DNA of 64,000 bases from an uncultured Clostridia bacterium. Lineage in GTDB: Bacteria; Bacillota; Clostridia; Christensenellales; Aristaeellaceae. Shown in pieces: positions 61,595 through 64,000 of this stretch. The stretch is taken from positions 9,288 through 73,287 of the forward strand of contig CALNAU010000101.1 in assembly GCA_937874275.1 (NCBI GenBank), given 5' to 3'. The notes beneath the pieces are model-generated. The model was given only the letters and a program-made list of their open reading frames with translations, had not been told where the DNA came from and did no database searches. Numbering within the stretch: position 1 is the first letter of the stretch; every line of letters begins with the position of its first letter. Position numbers and translations under genes: made by a program.

Positions 61595-61631
61595 ACGCGG
61601 CGCGCATATGAGGTATGCGCGCCGCGTTTTT
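61595..61631 (+). terminator. intrinsic terminator after the C39-like peptidase gene
   Basis: 14-bp perfect stem ACGCGGCGCGCATA with TATGCGCGCCGCGT, 5-nt loop, then TTTTT. Confidence 0.8.
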
Positions 61632-61647
61632 GGGTCAACCAATCCTA

Positions 61648-62517
61648 TTAGATGCTCGCGTTGAAGGTGTCCCACTCGCTCAGGTCGCCCGCGCGGAAGC
61701 CCTTCATAAACCAGGTCTGTCGCTGCTGGCTGGTGCCGTGGTTGAAGGTGTCCGGGTCCACATAGCCCTGGGCCTTTTGCTGGATGGAGTCGTCGCCCAC
61801 GGCGGCGGCCGCGCTCATGGCTTCCTCCAGGTCGCCCTCCTCCAGGTAGCCGCGGTTGGCCTGATATTTGGCCACCACGCCGGCCAGGTAGTCGGCCTGC
61901 AGTTCGTAGCGCACGCTGTACTCGTTGAACTCCGTCTGGCTCATCTGCCCGGTGGCCACGCGCTGGCGCAGGCTGTTGAGCTGGTCGGTTACGCCCAGCA
62001 GCGTCTGCACGTGGTGGCCGGCTTCATGGGCGATGACATAGTTCATGATAAAGTCGCCCTGCTGCGCGCCGTAGCGCTGAATCAGCGTGTCGTAGAAGCT
62101 CAAATCCAGGTAGATGGTCTGGTCGCGTGTGCAGTAGAAGGGGCCAACGCCGCTGTCCGCCGCGCCGCAGCCGGATTCCACATAGTCGCTGTAGATGACC
62201 ATGGTGGGCTCCTTGTACTGCTCGTCATATTGGGGCAGCACGGTGTTCCAGGTGTCCTCCACGTCCTTGAGCGATACGCCCGCATAGTCAAACAGCTGCT
62301 GCTCGCGCTCACTGGGCTGGTAGTTTTGCTGCTGCGCCTGGGGTTGCTGCTTGGGCACCGCCGCGCCAAACAGCGCGCCCGGGTCGCCCGTCACCAGAAA
62401 AATCACCAGGGCCAGCACCAGCCCGATACCGCCACCGGCCGCCACCCGTCCGCGCGGCATGCTTGCGCCTCTGCGGTCGCTGACGTTTCCGCTTTTCTGT
62501 CTGCCTTGCCACCTCAT
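61648..62517 (-). CDS. neutral zinc metallopeptidase, YpfJ family
   Basis: 289 aa. N-terminus MRWQGRQKSGNVSDRRG followed by a TM helix. Zinc motif HEAGHHVQ. Confidence 0.8.
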   Translation of the reverse strand: MRWQGRQKSGNVSDRRGASMPRGRVAAGGGIGLVLALVIFLVTGDPGALFGAAVPKQQPQAQQQNYQPSEREQQLFDYAGVSLKDVEDTWNTVLPQYDEQYKEPTMVIYSDYVESGCGAADSGVGPFYCTRDQTIYLDLSFYDTLIQRYGAQQGDFIMNYVIAHEAGHHVQTLLGVTDQLNSLRQRVATGQMSQTEFNEYSVRYELQADYLAGVVAKYQANRGYLEEGDLEEAMSAAAAVGDDSIQQKAQGYVDPDTFNHGTSQQRQTWFMKGFRAGDLSEWDTFNASI

Positions 62518-62686
62518 GGTTTGTCCCCCTTTGATGGGCCGCCCGCGTTCCTCTGCCGTGGCGGCACTTGGTATGATGGTTCCTATGTCAAAGGATACCC
62601 CGTTGCCTTGCAGTATAAACGGCGGCGCATTGCTTGTTCATGGCCTGGGGATAAGTTTGGTCCATGCGCAGTTGCCTGTGGATAAC

Positions 62687-62716
62687 TTGACAGCAACCCC
62701 GGCGCTGTGCTACACT
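62687..62716 (+). promoter_or_regulatory. predicted promoter with a structured ~85-nt leader
   Basis: TTGACA (62687-92), 18-nt spacer, TACACT (62711-16). The leader holds three GC hairpins: 62722-45, 62751-64 and 62767-80. Confidence 0.45.
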
Positions 62717-62802
62717 GCGCACTCCCGGGCAGAGCGTCAGGGGAGCATACGCCGGCACGCCGGCAGGGCGCGGATGCGCCGAAAGGAAGGTCAACCCCCG
62801 TT

Positions 62803-63282
62803 ATGAAACGGCTATTATCGATTACCGCACTGGTCGTCAGCCTGGCTGCCGCGTCCGCGGCGCTGGCAGAGCAGCCGCAAAGCGCGCTGCTGGTGGTGAC
62901 CGGGGCATACTACGACGCGCAGGGTGAGGATGTGGTGGTCACTGCGCGGCCCGCCCGCCTGGAGGTACCGCCGGGCGCGCAGGAGGATGGCTACATCCTG
63001 GCAGAGGAAGTGGAGCAGACCTACACCCTGGCTCCGGCGGCCTATGTGGCCGTGCCCCAGGATATCCCGGTGCATGATGTGCAGCTGTTGCAGACCGAGG
63101 CTGCGGAGTTCCCCGTGTACCTGACGGAGTTTAAGCACAAGCTGGATACCACCGCCTTTGCGCAGGAGCCGCCGCACAAGGGCGACAGCATCCCCTACAC
63201 CGCCTATAGCCTGCTGTACCGCGCGGCCATACAGGACGGCGTGATCGCGTCGCTGACCTATTGTGAGCTGCCGGCGCAATAA
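62803..63282 (+). CDS. hypothetical secreted protein (159 aa)
   Basis: Track ORF 62707..63282 trimmed to ATG 62803 after GAAAGGAAGG. Signal peptide MKRLLSITALVVSLAAASAALA. No motif recognised. Confidence 0.55.
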   Translation: MKRLLSITALVVSLAAASAALAEQPQSALLVVTGAYYDAQGEDVVVTARPARLEVPPGAQEDGYILAEEVEQTYTLAPAAYVAVPQDIPVHDVQLLQTEAAEFPVYLTEFKHKLDTTAFAQEPPHKGDSIPYTAYSLLYRAAIQDGVIASLTYCELPAQ

Positions 63283-63319
63283 CCGGCGGGTCGTCCCCAC
63301 ACAACCGCATACATGTTTG

Positions 63320-63355
63320 GATGGGTATTCGCAGGGCGTTTGCCCATCTTTTTTT
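63320..63355 (+). terminator. weak intrinsic terminator
   Basis: GATGGG (63320-25) pairs with CCCATC (63343-48), followed by a T7 run. The long loop makes this a low-quality stem. Confidence 0.4.
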
Positions 63356-63363
63356 CGGATGCC

Positions 63364-63392
63364 TTGCCCAAAGGGGAGCGGGACGGTATAAT
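63364..63392 (+). promoter_or_regulatory. predicted promoter of the PrsA-like gene
   Basis: TTGCCC (63364-69), 17-nt spacer, TATAAT (63387-92). The hexamers and spacing match the promoter at 22846-74. Confidence 0.45.
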
Positions 63393-63448
63393 AAACCTTA
63401 CGATTCATCGGAGGCCACGCGTCCCGATGTGGAATGGAGAATGAACTG

Positions 63449-64000
63449 ATGAAGAAGAAATCTTTGCTCCTGCTCATCCTGGCCCTGTCGCTGGTACTCA
63501 GCGGCTGCTCTTTGGTGGTCAAGGATCCTGTGGTGGACCTGAAGCAGACCATCCTGGACATCAACGGCCAGGCGGTGGACAAGCAGAGCTTCCTGGGCGA
63601 CTACAATGCCCAGCTCAACCAGGAATACCAGATGCAGCAGATGTACCAGATGTACGGCATGCAGGCTCCGGCCATTGACTATGCCGCGGTGGAGACCCGT
63701 GCCCGCGACGCCGCGGTGCGCCGCGTCATCATCGACCAGCAGGCCGCCCAGCTGAAATTGGGCGAGCTGACGGACGAGGAAAAGGCCCAGGTGGCGGCCG
63801 ATACCGACACCGAGTACAAGGATACGCTGGAGCAAATCAAGAGCTATTACTTTGCCGACACCAAGCTGGAGGGCGAGGCGCTGGACGTGGAAATCGGCCA
63901 CATGGCAGAGGACCTGGGTGTCAGCCGCGAGGTGGTGGAGCAGGGGGTCATTCAGCGGCTGGTCAGCCAGAAGCTGGAGGACGAGACCACCAAGGATGTC
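63449..64000 (+). CDS. SurA-N/PrsA-like lipoprotein (putative peptidylprolyl isomerase/foldase), 3' end cut by window edge
   Basis: Not in the ORF track because it runs off the window. ATG at 63449. Lipobox LVLSGC. Open in frame through 64000. The N-terminal helical region resembles SurA_N/PrsA chaperone domains. Confidence 0.6.
   Translation, partial: MKKKSLLLLILALSLVLSGCSLVVKDPVVDLKQTILDINGQAVDKQSFLGDYNAQLNQEYQMQQMYQMYGMQAPAIDYAAVETRARDAAVRRVIIDQQAAQLKLGELTDEEKAQVAADTDTEYKDTLEQIKSYYFADTKLEGEALDVEIGHMAEDLGVSREVVEQGVIQRLVSQKLEDETTKDV

Noticed and set aside
1-64000. Search for mobile elements, prophage, defence islands, rRNA/tRNA genes and known riboswitches across the window.
   Set aside because: No transposase, integrase, recombinase, phage structural gene, restriction-modification gene, cas gene, reverse transcriptase, or toxin-like nuclease/NTPase gene was recognisable. 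No cloverleaf-like or rRNA-like stretch was seen in the intergenic regions, all of which are under 300 nt. The leaders I inspected (proB, sugar ABC, dxs, rny, 62716-62802) match no riboswitch consensus I can recall. A covariance-model scan would be needed for certainty.

Overview
The window is a dense, high-GC chromosomal segment: single 60-nt lines hand-count to about 65% G+C (for example 39/60 at 46261-46320). Gene content points to a Firmicutes/Clostridia genome, probably an Oscillospiraceae/Ruminococcaceae-like gut anaerobe. That inference rests on rny, tlyA, addA, a divIC-type gene, a Bce-type module, YARHG and serpin genes. I support about 62 protein-coding genes. Two run off the window edges and are missing from the ORF track (1..1244 minus; 63449..64000 plus). 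Many track ORFs needed their starts trimmed to an RBS-backed codon.

Recognisable content:
- Core metabolism and information processing: the proBAC operon, dxs-tlyA, rny, nadD, addA, a Ppx/GppA phosphatase and nagA.
- Transport and regulation: a sugar ABC importer, a translationally coupled ABC exporter pair with an ArsR-type regulator, and a complete BceRS-BceAB-type peptide-antibiotic module with a candidate operator.
- Enzymes: many small enzymes (HD, GNAT, VOC, SDR, hydrolases) and an acetate-kinase paralogue.
- Secreted and surface proteins: a bacterial serpin plus several secreted or lipoprotein orphans.

I found no rRNA, tRNA, CRISPR array, transposase, integrase, phage gene or recognisable defence system. 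The region reads as ordinary core chromosome, not an accessory island, and I cannot point to a clear novel multi-gene system.

The least explained signals are:
- A run of six unrelated perfect hairpins fills one spacer (43033-43252).
- A 157-nt rod-like hairpin lies between a glycine-zipper mini-protein gene and its terminator (19498-19654).
- Forty-six coding-like codons continue in frame past the TGA of a nitroreductase gene (4996-5136).
- A long rny leader starts from a near-consensus promoter.
- Two low-GC insertions encode surface or membrane proteins (about 47372-48951 and about 58640-59147).

All functional calls come from motif recognition by eye. No database search was run.
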